Shown: piece after piece, positions 10,873 through 23,391 of the stretch
How the letters are laid out: every line of letters starts with the position of its first letter
How positions within the stretch are numbered: the stretch's first letter is position 1
Assembly: GCF_038025025.1 (NCBI RefSeq)
Contig: NW_027117347.1
Coordinates: forward strand, 930,001 to 994,000
Origin: Phyllosticta citribraziliensis
Lineage: Eukaryota
Length of the DNA: 64,000 bases
Direction: 5' to 3'
Notes under the pieces: model-generated
What the model was told of the DNA's origin: nothing
Seen by the model: only the letters and a program-made list of their open reading frames with translations
Databases searched by the model: none
Made by a program: the position numbers and the translations under genes

Positions 10873-13800
10873 GGTTGAGGAGTAGGAGCAAGTGAAATGG
10901 CGAGAGCGAACAATACTAGCAAAGCAGAAAGTGTGAAAAGGCTCGTTGTGAATTTCGCTTAATCCTTTGTTTGGTTGAACAGGGTGGAAGAAGAGCTTTT
11001 CCTCATCAACTGACAGACAGGAGTGTCGCTCTCGAATGATGCACAACAGCTAGCAAGCCAGGCCACCCCAAAGAAAGAGGGAAGAGAGAAAGAGAAACGG
11101 CGGCGGTCCAACTGCAAACAAAGTCCGTTCAGAACGAGGACATAAATGAAACCACGCGGCGCAAGGTGCGGTGTGGGGGTGGGAAGGGAGCAAATAAAAG
11201 ATAAGCGAGCAAATGGAGAACTGGACAGAAGGAGACTCAGGGTCCGGCGGAGACCGGGAAGGATTGAGTGACTCTTCGCCCGGTTGGCTGGGACAATGGC
11301 AGCAGGCGCGGTAAAAAGCTTGACAGCTGCAGTAGTGTCGTGAGCGCCAACCACTGCGTATGTAAAGCGACACCGGGCTGCGACGGCGCACAGACTAATC
11401 GGGTATGACGGCAGCAAACTAGAAAATGCAGAGGGGAGAGAGGAATAAGAGCAAAAGTTTTGTTAAATATGAATGTGAAGAAGAGGGGAAGAGATAAGCA
11501 ATTGGCAAGGCTGTAGGCAGTGAGGGAAAAGAGGTGATGACGTTCAGCCCACTGACTGTGATGTGCTCGTGTCTGGACCCTGATGGCCACTACCGTGCCA
11601 CTCTGACTGCTCGCATCACCGAAGCACGCGATTGGTTGGGTCCGTCTTTCGGAGATGGCAGATAAGATTGTTGAAATTCCGGACCATCTCCTCTCGATGG
11701 ACCTGCCAGTCGAATCAGTCGTCTGTCCTTGATTATTGCAACGGAGTGTCCTTACCGGAGTCTTGGTCCTTACTAAAGACAACTGGCAGCATGTCAGGTC
11801 CAGCTATCCAGAGCTCTGTCTTGCGCCGGCGCACAATCGCACTGACTCTCCTGCCTATTGCAGTCTAGTTTAGCGACGACACCAAAATCGTTGACGGACA
11901 AAGCAATTCAGGACAGCATTCCGTTCCTAGACGATAAAACGGCGCGGAAGCGAACAGAAATCTCGGCTCGGAAACATCGTCTTCCTTCATGCAAGTAGAC
12001 CTGTCGTGCCTGGCATCGTCAAACGAAAAAAGACTCGAAAAAAGAAATGAAGCGAGATAGGAGTTCGGCTCCATTAGCGGTAAAAGTCATCAAGCCTCAC
12101 CACAAAGCCAGCGCGCCGAGCAGCTGGAAAAATAAAGCATCACCCGCAAAATCATTGGCAGCTTGGCTGGCGATGAGCAGCCGGGACAAGGGAGAATAAT
12201 GGCCTTTAGAATGCTTGAATGATCTCGATATTTGAAATAGAGTTGCACACGGCATGACACAGGGATGACGCTCTTGTGAGGTGGGGGAATTTTATACTCG
12301 TCCTGAGCCTGCTATTGTTGAAGCGAAGAACCCTGTCGCCGCCGTTGTTGTCGCCGTAAGGCTGCTGGCTACATCCCAGGCGTTGACGAGATGGCTCTGC
12401 GGCTTGAGTTTTTCTTGGCTACCTAATCGTGTTGATGGCAGGAACCGAGATTTGACATCGAGACCTCGTGAACTCTGTCTCTTTGAATCGCTCTCGATTG
12501 CGCTCATCAGTCTGATGATAGAAGTTGTGTCGATGTCGCCGCAGGGTCAATTGCGTTGTCCTTCGATTTGTTTTCGTGGCGTTGTAACGGTCGATCCCGT
12601 CCGAGTAGGCTCGAAATCAACCACGAGAAGCATAACCAGCCATGCCATTTTTCATGACAAGAAAAGGTGTCGATAGTGGGTTGGCAAGGATTGAGTTCAG
12701 AGCTTCCGTGTATTATTATTAGTACATCAAATGATATTGTTTGAATTGATGCAATGCGGAAGGGTGGCTGGGCTGGTCGGAGCTGGCGCCGCCGGTCTTG
12801 TGAATGACGTCATTTTCCATTCTTCCGCAGATCAAGAACTACGAAGAGCTGTCGAGAGGTTGTCATTGAGTCTTCGATATGATGGTATTTCGTATGCTGG
12901 AAAGGATTGGGCTTTTGAGCGTTCTGATTGCGAATGAAGAAGCCACACCTGCTGACCTTGGGCTTACCCAGCGCGGGTCAAAGTTGATGAGATTCAGGAG
13001 AAAAACGGAGCGGCAGCTTCGGCAGGTGATACCAGGCTCTTCCAATCTCTTGACATCTCTATTTCTCTTGGCTAGATGATTTGAAAGGAATAGGTACAGG
13101 AATTTGGAGAGGTAGGGCCGAGATGTAAGACTGGGACAAAAATTCCTCAGCAATGTGTTGTACTGTACAAGCGATGGAGAAAGCTCTCAACGCTCAGTAG
13201 AATGCTCGTCCATGTCTGATGATGAAGAAACATGAAGCAGCGATCTAGTCGGAAGCGAAAAAGACGAGCTGCGGCAAAATGCAGTGGCTGACTCCAGAAA
13301 AGCGAATGAGGCAGCGGCTGACTGAAGTCTAGAATCAAATGGCTTGCGCCATCGCAAGAAGCAGTTTTTTGGGCCGGAAGGATGACCAGTCTCGGGTCAC
13401 AAGGCAGACGAGCGCCAGGGAAATGCAGCCAATACCAAGGTGTCAACCAAAGAAGAAGAAGCAAAAAGCCACCGGCAAGCCAAGATGGGATGCAGATACG
13501 ACCCAGGACGAACGAACGTTAACCCGGGGCAAGGCCACGCAAGCCTCTGTGGGCTTTTCGGGTGCACCTCGCGTTTCCGGAGAAAACCCAAGGATCTCCG
13601 CCTGGGGACCCGGAGCATCACAACGACGTCCACGGCCAAGAAGACGAGAACGCACTTCGGAGCATCGCCTTGCAAGTGGTGAAGATTGGTCTGCGAGCCG
13701 GCATGCGTGGTCGATTATGCAAGAGTAAGACCAGTCGTGGCGGTGAGAGGAAGCAGAGCGATTGCCGGCGGGGTACAGAATCTAGGATTGTCGTGGACTA

Positions 13801-14309
13801 GAGCCTCAAGTAGCGTTCTAGCAAAATGAGCCGCGTGTATGGCGCGTGGAAAGGGCAAATGCCGAGGTCCGGACATCAGAGGAAGGAGAAAGGAGGAAAG
13901 TGCCGCTCTGGGTGAAGCAAGATCCAGCGCAAGAGTTGGAGCATTGATAGTGGGGGCCATGTATATCCTCAAAGCTCAGGACGACGGCAAACGCCACCAT
14001 CAAGTGTGGAGATTTTCTAGACCTCTGAAACACAACTTGCAGAGCGCGAAGTTGTGGGAGAGAATGTGGAGTCTTGGCGCACAGTCGAGACAATCTCGCT
14101 TCGATGTCAGTGATCAGTCGCCGTCTCTTGCGGTCGCAGCGCAAATCTCCTCGGCAGCGAGACCACGACCAGCGCTCCAGATCAAACGCCCTTAGCGTCC
14201 ACTAGCACCAGCGACGTCAAACCGCGCGTGCGCAGAGCGGGAGGCGCATTTCTTCTCGTGGCAATCCTGACGCACCGTGCACGCACGCTTGACGAACCGC
14301 TCCTGCCGG

Positions 14310-15856
14310 CTACCTAGCGCCTGTTTCTCGTTTTGGAGTCCCGGGTCTTGATCTTTGCGGCGCAAGCCCAGTTGAACGAAGCTCCCGTTGCGTCATGGGC
14401 AATCTTTCCATGCTGGTCCCTTCGATACCAGGAGGACCATTGTCGACACCCCTGGGAGGAGGCGGTAGATGCTGCCGCGAGAGCTGCGCGTGCGGCGCTG
14501 GATCTTGCACCAGAAACTCGCGGCTTGTTCGAGGGTCGGAGAGTCGGCTTGATTCAGCGCCGGTGAGCGTACCAGCCCGACCTCTGCCCGCCTGATGAGG
14601 CTGTTCCGTGGCCGTCGCACGTGTAGACTGATCGCTCCGTGTCCGCGCGTGACCCTTGCGTCCTGGTGTGGAAGTAGTTGATCCAGATACGTGCGAAAAG
14701 GAAGGCGACGTAAATTGCGGCGCAGAGCTCGGCGCGGGAGGCGCTTGATGTGCACCCTGCGCCTTCCGTTTCTTCGGAGAGCTCGTATAGTCTACAACCG
14801 CGTTCGTAAGCTGTCAGACGGTCTGGACGCTTCCTACTTTTGATGTTTACCTGATGGGGTCGCGGGAGGATTCGTACCAGAGCCTGATTGCGTCGTAGGT
14901 GGGACCCAATGGTGGAAGTATATCGAAGGAGACGATGTCTGCGGATCCTGTTGCTGGGATTGCTGTATGGTGCTGAGATTTACCGGAGCCGCAGGAGGAG
15001 GTTGGAACTGCATTTCGTTCGTCGTCAAGCGCGGTAATTGGGAATGGGGAGGAAGTTTCGGGCCAGTCGGATATCCTTTGGGGGCTCTTGCTCTGCTCGC
15101 TGGAGACATGCTGCCGGGCGTGTATGCTGGTGCCGAGAACGGACCACTGGGTTGAGCTGGTCCACCGACGGCTTGGCCTGGTAATGCAGGTGGACCTGGA
15201 ACCGCTGGCGGCGCTTGGCCATAGACGCCTGGTTGTGCCGGAGTAATCAACCTCTGTTCTCTTCGCAGGTCTGGGGAGCCTTGAGCCTGGGCAGCGGCTT
15301 GTTGTTGCTGAGCCTGGAGCTGAGCTACGTACTGCTGCAACCATTCCAAATTTGCGCTGGCAACTCCGGCACCACCAATTCCAGCAAAGATCATGGGCAC
15401 CAAATGAGGAGGGACGCCACCCTGGATTGACTCGCGAAGCATTGACTGTTCAACTTTTCTTTGCTCCAGACGCAGACTCTCCTGGCGCGTTTTTTCCTCT
15501 TCTTGCCTCCTCCTATCTTCTTCGACCTTCGCGGCCAGCCAATTTCGCATCGATTCTTCAGCGCCTTGCCATTGAGAGGGTGGAGCCGGCATCTGGTTCA
15601 TTGATGCCGGCATAGGAGGAGGAGGAGGGCGGCTGGGGTCCGGGAGGGTCATGGCCGCCGGCGGCGGGAGACCACGATGAGAAGAGCTCATCGCGTGTCG
15701 AGGACTGGCCGGCAGTGAAGAAGGGAGCGGACTGTGACCGCTGGTCACCTTGGGTGAATGAGATGCGGTCCGTGAATAAGGCCTCTGCGTCGTGTAATCA
15801 TGGAGATGTTTGTAATCAAAGTCCGATCTGGTCGGGGCAGAAAGAGTGAGTAACAT
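14310..15856 (-). CDS. Pro/Gln-rich fungal protein of unknown function with a coiled-coil segment, 2 exons
   Basis: 340-aa ORF containing SMRNWLAAKVEEDRRRQEEEKTRQESLRLEQRK...GGVPPHLVPMIF and SIYFHHWVPP. An intron at about 14793-14850 (GTAAAC...CTGAC...GTAG) joins exon 2 (DYTSSPKKRKA..., NLS-like), which ends at the stop at 14310. Confidence 0.75.
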
Positions 15857-18800
15857 GAGGGTCAGAGCGTGCGGTCAACGACGGACATTGGAGAAGGAGA
15901 GCCAAAAAGAGAAGTGCATGAATGAAGGGCGGATTGGGAAAAGCGGCAATTTTGGGGAGGTGAAGTACTTTGACGAGGGAGCTTTACCTTAAGAAGAAGC
16001 AAGCTTGAAGGGAGCAGAGATGCCTCAGAGCCCCAAGCGTGCAGAATTAGGCGGCGGGCCAGAAAAATGCTTGCAAGGTACCTGGTACAGGAGCAGGAGT
16101 CCCGGCCGGCTGGAAAATACGGTTCGCCTGCCGCATAAGGCTAACGGGCGGAAGTTGCAGGCCAGGATCAGAACGCTGGCTGCAACGGCGATCCAGCCGC
16201 GCAAATGGCCGGCGATCAGCGTGTATCTATGTAGTCGTGGTGGTTGTCGTGGCGCTGGTGCAGGTGGGCTCACGCGCCCGGCGCTGCTCCGATGCTGGCA
16301 CGGCTGTTTTTGAGCTGGCAGACTGACAGCCGCGCAATCTCGCTTTGATGCTCATTCATCATTACTTCCATGGCCGGGGTATCTTGCCCGTGGCGCAAGG
16401 CGGGGGCGGACGGGATAGTACTCAGTAGTTTCTTTCTCTCTCCCTCTCCCTCTTGTCGAGCGCGAGGGCACGTATTGGATCACAACAGCGGTGCCGGTAC
16501 AGCGCGATGGATCAGGGTCCGGATGTACCAGGGGCGTTACCGGCGCCAGAGCACGCTGCCCGTCTGCCACGCCCGCTGTGGCGGAGTTGGTCAAGAGGGA
16601 AGCAAGCACTTTGTTCACAATCGTTTGGGCTCGACTCGTTCCTCTGGGCTGCACGAGCAATTAAGGACCCGCCCCGCCGCGGCGAGTGCCATGTCTACCC
16701 GAAACTGGGACCTTGACAGAATGCCCGGGCACGTTCTCGGGGTCGTCTTGTCCCTCCCCCCACCGTAAGTACTACACCAGACAGCATCTCTGCTGAGAAG
16801 ATGGTCGACGGGTTCGACTGGCGAGGGATCGACGCAGCCAGCGGGCAATCGACAAGGCCCGGCGATCGTCCCGCGGTGCGAATGGAAGCGGTGCCATGGT
16901 TGCGCACCGCTGACAGTATCCATCCGTTGTCTTGCTGCGACTCCCGCGTGCATCTTGTCTCGCGTGAGAAGGCGCAGGCAGTTCCTCGTGCTCCGGGCTC
17001 GTCTGTCTGTTGCGAACGTGCCCGCCCAGCGCCCCGCAGCGGCGGCTCCATGGACCTGTTTTCCACCGCCCCACGCCCCATCCTGAACACACAGATACAT
17101 GTCCACTTTGGGTTCTGCCCGTTCGCAAGTGAAACGCCGTGGCGTCCCGATCAGGCGATTAGATCTGACGTATCGGGATCTAGACGCTCATATGCGATGG
17201 CAGCCCGTGGCACGAAGATGCAGTTGTAGAGAACTTGGCCCAAGAGTCAGCCAGCTGCTAGACACACGGTCGATGTCATGCAGTCGCACCTCGACCAATC
17301 GGGCGGCCTTGTGGAACGGTTTCCTTCTTTTCCTCAGCATGGCGAGTCAGCTCCCGGGCGGAGTCGACCAGTGGTTCGACGATTTCGTGCTTCAAGATAC
17401 GACAAGGACGGAGGACTCGAAACCTTGTCTGCGGCGTCCTGCGAGCTACGGAATGCCTGCTTGGAAATGCACGACGGCAAGACCCATGGTCGGAAACGGC
17501 ACAAACGCTCCAGTTCCAATCCTTCCGCTACCCTATTGGGCAAGGCTTCCATGTCGCGACGAGCACCTGGTCGGCCTGGTTAATTTCGAGCAGGGCGGCA
17601 ACTGCTAAGATCAACCACTCAGAAGACTGGAATATTGGATTGAAAGAAAAAAAGTTGCCGTCTTTCTGTTCCGTAGTAATTAAAAAGCCAATGATGTCTT
17701 TGGTCCAGACCGCACATTGAGGAAAGAATGACATTGTCGAGTCCGGACTAATTCCATCGACTGCCAACAGCTCAGCGTCGATTCGGCCAGGACACGGTGC
17801 GGCTCGTGTTGGGCAGCTCCAGAGCCGGAGTCTTGGACGTGAGGGGTTCCAGCCGGGACGCTACATGGCGCAGGGAGGAGTGCCGATGCAGAACGTGTCG
17901 AGAAAATGGGGAAAAAAGAAATGTGCTGGGTGCGGATGGACTATTCGTGCAGTGCCGGTCAGGGTGAGACGCCCTGCAAGCCACTCGGTGAACAAACCAC
18001 TGCTTCCGCGCGGGCGCTGAAACCCGCGCAAAGCACAACGATTCCTCGGTTGGGTTGTCGTTGTCATGAGCAGCAGCGGCTGTCTCCGCGTCGATGGCGA
18101 GCGAGGTGAACAGAGGAGCAAGGCGATGTTTGATGTCGACAATCATTCGGCGCCACGACGCGTCAGAGCCGTGATGGAAATGGTAGGGATGGATGGGCGT
18201 TCGGCCGGGGGACTCCAGCAGTCCCGTCGGCTGGGTGTTGTTGAGCGACGTCACTCAGCTGTGGTAAGCGTCTTGGCAGGGTCTGGTCGGGAATCTCTTC
18301 TCCGACCTGCGGGAACTCATGTCGTCCCTCCCTCCCACCCTCGACTCCACTCCACTCACTCCACGACCTTCGTCTCACCCCCCCTCAGTGTACAGTACCG
18401 CACTGCTTCCAGCATGCCCAACCCAGCTCCGCTGCTGCAGCCAGCCGTCAGGCAAACGTGACGACTACTCCGCCCTCAGTTTTGCTTTGCAGGGCGTCCA
18501 CAGCACGGACGTTGGCCCGGCCCATTCATGCATATCCGCTCACCATCGCATCTCCAAAGACCCAACCTAGACAGGCCTGCTCTGTTTTGGGTCAATGGTC
18601 TGGCATCGGCCTCCCTCGACCTGGTCATCATGCACCCATGCTCGTATTCATCGCCTGTGCCACCAGACGGGTTCGCAGCCGAATCTAAATGACCAAGCGT
18701 CGACATATGGGAGTACCATGACTTCTGACCCAAAACTGACTTCTTCTTCACACTAGGAAACATGGCTTATGTTGGCTGTCAGCTACGTCGCTCCATCCGA

Positions 18801-21800
18801 CTGCGCGACAACGCAAACCTGGTGCATTCGTCAGCCCCCCGAACTGCGTCATCCACCTCTGTCAACCATTCGTTTCGCACCAACATCATACAACTTCTTC
18901 CAGCATGACTAGGCGCGTCATGTAATATGCAGACATGTTCCAGAAATCAGGACTCCGGGTTTCACCCAGTTCCAACCACTCATGACCCTTGGCGAGTCTC
19001 CAGGTCAAATCAAGGTATAACCTTGCAACTCTGCCTGCTCATTCCATTGCTCTGGGCAAATGTGGCACGACCATTTGCAACTTTGCATCGGCATTGCTGT
19101 CGCCAAAAGTCGTTCAATCGAGCTCAGTCTACTGCAGTCTCTGCGGTGGATTGATGCACCCAACTTCCAGATGCGCAGTCTGCAATGTCCATCCAATACC
19201 ATCTATTGAGTACATTCCAACAAGTCGGCTCCATCGCGAGACTTTCGGCTCCTTCCCGCCAGACTAACCTTGTTGAGTCTCGCCGTAACTCTGATAGTCA
19301 TTAGCTACAGGACAATCAAACGAGAGACCAACCGGCTTGTCAAGTTGCCGCGCCGGACATGAGTCTTACTCGACGGCGTCGGCGACCACATTCCGTCCAA
19401 CCAGGACGACTGTTCCAAGCCTTTGTTTACCTTGAGCAGATTGACGACATTTCTCATTTCACTCTTGCTCCACACCCCGCTTCAGAGGTTCCGCCACTTG
19501 CAAAGGGCATCGAACCTTGCTGCACTTTCCTCAGCTGTCAATCACTGCAAGCATTCTCCGCACCGTCCCTAGAGGCGCTCGTAACAAGCCCCTCACGAAG
19601 GCTGGGGTCTCGACTAATTCGACATGACACTTTCCGTCTGATCTCCCTCCGGATTGAGTAGTCGGACACGGTCTTCCGTCAGGATGCCCGTATCGTCGTG
19701 CGGCTGCCGCCGATAGGGCTGACTAAATGTGCGTGACGCGCCTGTGCGATACTTTGGCAGGCCGCGCCGCTCAGGTACCCGCGGCGCTCCCGTCCAACTA
19801 CCAATTTTGGACGGCGGGGCCTAAGCCAATGTTAGGCACCTCTTTATGCATGTGCTCTTTTGCTCTGGGTACCTGAACGTCCGTCCGCCGCCCGCGGCAA
19901 GGTAGCCACTCTAGTGGGACCGCGGGGTTCGCAAGACGTCAGTGGTTAAAGTTAGTTAAGCTCTGGCAGTGGACTTCACGGGCAAGCAAAATCGACATGC
20001 GGCGGGCATTCGGTCAAGGGCAAACAGGAAAAAACCAAAAAACGAGTCGACGAAGCCACAATACTCAGAAATGAGCCCATCCAGTCTTCAGTCCTTTGAG
20101 CTTAAAGTCGACATGTATTGTGGCGTCGGACTGTGGTGTGGATTCCGCGTCGACCTGCTGGATTCAATGGCTTCATTAGGAGTAGTACTTCTCCAATATC
20201 CCGCCCCGACGGATGCTTGGACCCGAAGCCCGACGCCACGATTCTTCCTGCCCTCTCCTCAGCCCTAGCATGTCCATTGGCTTCATTTAACAGCAACAGC
20301 TGCATTCGGTTCACACGATTCCACGCAAACAGCGGTCCGCCACCGCTGCTGAATCAAGTCGATCCAGTTGCTGCTGTTCGCCAACTTCGGGTTCGCACAA
20401 CTTCGGCGCTCTCTCGCCATATTGGGACACCCGAGAATGCCATAAACTTCGTCAAACAAACATTTTCTGACGCGACGTCTGTTGACAATCTGTCGGAGCA
20501 CGCACTTGGCGTCGCCGCCTCTTGACGCAGGCGCACTGCAAGCGGGTGGCTAGAACCGCGAAGGCTTTTTCATCGCACCCGGGATTTCGGATCCGCCATG
20601 CGCAGAGGCAAAACAGAAAGAGTGGTTGTTCCGAGCGCGAAGACGCGTGCCCTGTCCGGTGTGGATGTGGTTGAAAAATTACCCCCCGACCCCCGGACTT
20701 GTCGATGTACAGTACTCTCTGCGCCCTGTACGAGGTACGAGAGAACACCGGTCAAGATTTCAACAACACAGTACGAAGGCACATCTGCAAATCACGGAGT
20801 CCCGCTCTTCCGCTTCTTCGCACGACCAGCTTGACCGCTCGGTCGACTCGAAATGACATTGATAGGCGCCCAGAAGTAGCACCGTCGACCTTGCTTCAAC
20901 AAACGCTAGACCTGCGCTCATATCACGCCCTGGGCTAGCGTATCCATGTGCTCTTAGTTTATCACCGTTGGCCAAGAAGGACGACGAACGGACGGAGAAA
21001 GGCCTGCAAGTCGCAGCGACAAACATCATCGTCGTAGACGTGGCTCCTAAGCGTGAGAGAAAACGCAGCCGTCTTTGCCAGCAACACTCTGACATTTGGT
21101 GCTGAACAACTATGCGAGCAGCCAAGTAACGAATTTGTAGGGAAAGGAGTCTCTGGACTCAAAATGACCCCACGCCATCCTTCTTCCCGTTCGACGTCGC
21201 CAACCACACCCACCACGGGCGAGCAAAAGATGGATGAAAAGGCATCGCAGCACAATGACACGGATGAGCAGGAACCGCGCATCATTTTACTTATATCAGC
21301 CATCTAACACGTAGTCCTGGGTACAAGTCACGCTAAAGCCCATCTCTCAGGCAAGCAAACGAGTAAGCAATCCAACACCCAGACTCCGACACTACCTCAA
21401 GTCAGAATCCAGTCATCAAACATCGAAACACGCCTCTAATTTTCGAACTTCGGTACAGAGTATATACACATTATTGATTACTATTCCTATTACTATTACA
21501 CAACCCAATCGCCCTTCCTTGTTCAATAATCCGCCATCGTCTGCTAACCGTACCAAACGTCTTTTCCTGGCTGTACCCCTTTTGAGCGACTGCCGTACCT
21601 TCTTCTCATCCTCTGTTTTGCTCGCTTGATAAACTGAATAAGTGGATGTGGCGAGAGCGGCGGCGGCGGCGCCGGCAGGCAAAGCGACGCGATGCGCCGC
21701 GACACGCACACGACTAGGATCAAAATCAACGAGGGCAAGTGCTGTTAGAAGAAAGCAGAGCCAAGCGGAGCGAGCGAGTGTTTTTGCCTTGCCCAGATGT

Positions 21801-21959
21801 CTGTCTACCCAGCGCCCACCTACACACCTCCCTATTGAGCAAGGAAGCGAGCGGGACGCGCAGACAGCAGATAGACAGTGCGGCGGCTACAAAGCTGGGA
21901 ACGGGCAAGGGAGGGAGGGAGGGACACAACAAGAAGAACAGAAAAATAGAAGCAACAAC

Positions 21960-22860
21960 AACGACAACAAAAGCAGTAGCGGTAGCATAGGTTGGTAGGT
22001 AGGTAGTAGGTAGCATAGCAGCTAAACCATTCCCACTACACCAAACCAATCGATCGATCGATCGATCAATCAACAAACGAACAAACGAACGAACCACCAA
22101 AAAACTTTGACCACTTCACTAGCTCTTCCCAGGGGTATATCGATTCCAGTCGTCCTCTCCTCTCCTCACTCTTTTGTCTTTCTCATTACCATCCCGTTCT
22201 AAACTCTTTTCTTTTGGGATTCCGCCGCCGACCAATGGAGCGCAATTTTGAAAAAGGTTTTTGCTGGTTCCTGCCGCCCGCCGAACCGCCACCAGTCATC
22301 AGGCACCGCCACCGTGGAAAAAACACAAACACAAACAATTTGGAGGAAAAACAAAAAAAGGAAAATGACCATATAGGAAAGAGGAACAAAGAGAGCATTA
22401 TTAAGCGAGGGTGTGTAGTGTGTGGTGGTGTAGGCTGATGGGCCAACAAAAACAAAGCAAAAGAAACATGAAGCAGCACCAAAAAACAACAACGAAAAAA
22501 GCCGGTCTAGTGGGTATACGATGAAGGACAAGTGGAGCGCCAAGCCGAGCCGAGCCAAGCCAACCCGAGTGCCATGCCAGGCGCGCAAGTATTAGAATCA
22601 CAGAGACCAGACCGATTGGTAGTAGAAAAGGTGGGGGGGAAAGAGGAGACACAAATGAGAGACAGACTGAGCCGACAAAAGGAAAAAGAGGGAGATGCGG
22701 CAGAGCGAGAGTGGAATAGTGTGGAAAGCAAAGACCAACAATTGTGATTGAAAGGAAAGGTGAAACTCCTCGAGCACGCGACCAGCTTCATTTGCGCCGA
22801 GACATCCATCTTGCACTCGGGTTGCATATGGCATGGAAATATGCATGCATGCATGCACGC
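21960..22860. repeat. Simple-sequence tracts
   Basis: (GTAG)n near 21995, (GATC)4 near 22050, (GAAC/AAAC)n near 22075, (GCCGA)n near 22544 and (GCAT)n near 22843. Confidence 0.6.
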
Positions 22861-23391
22861 GCGCTGTTCTCGTGGCAAAGGCAACGTAGTCGTGGCGCAC
22901 GGCAGTCGTGCTGCTAGATCGTGACGCAGTTGCGAAATGAAGACTGGCTACTGCCTCGTTTGCGTAATGTGGCGGTGTGGTCGTGACGCTCAGTCTCCGT
23001 GTCTGAAAGCATCTCAGACCACAAGATCCCTTTGGAGCGTAGCTGTGAGACTTCAGCAGGGCCAGCCTGGGCGAGGTATGGTTCAGCCTGCGGTGCCCAG
23101 GTGCCACTGGCGAAAAGTGGTTCCCAAAAAGGAAGGCCAAGAAAAAAGTAATGCAAAATCGATGGGATGTCCTTTGGTTGTTTTAGGGTCATCCTACTCC
23201 ACAACTACCCTGAGGCGAATATGAAGTTGGTCTCGCGATAGTGGTGGCTGGAAAAGAGAATAGGGAGTGCGTCTTTGACGCGGCGGTCCAGGTTCACCCG
23301 CCAAGAAAGCTGCTTTAAGTCCGGCTGCGGTATGTCCTAGTGCAGAGGCAACCAACTGGAGAAAAGAGTTAATGTACTTTTTCAGTCACAC

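Noticed and set aside
10900..14300. Short ORFs between the MFS gene and the coiled-coil gene
   Set aside because: No recognisable motifs or consistent exon chain; treated as promoter and UTR sequence.
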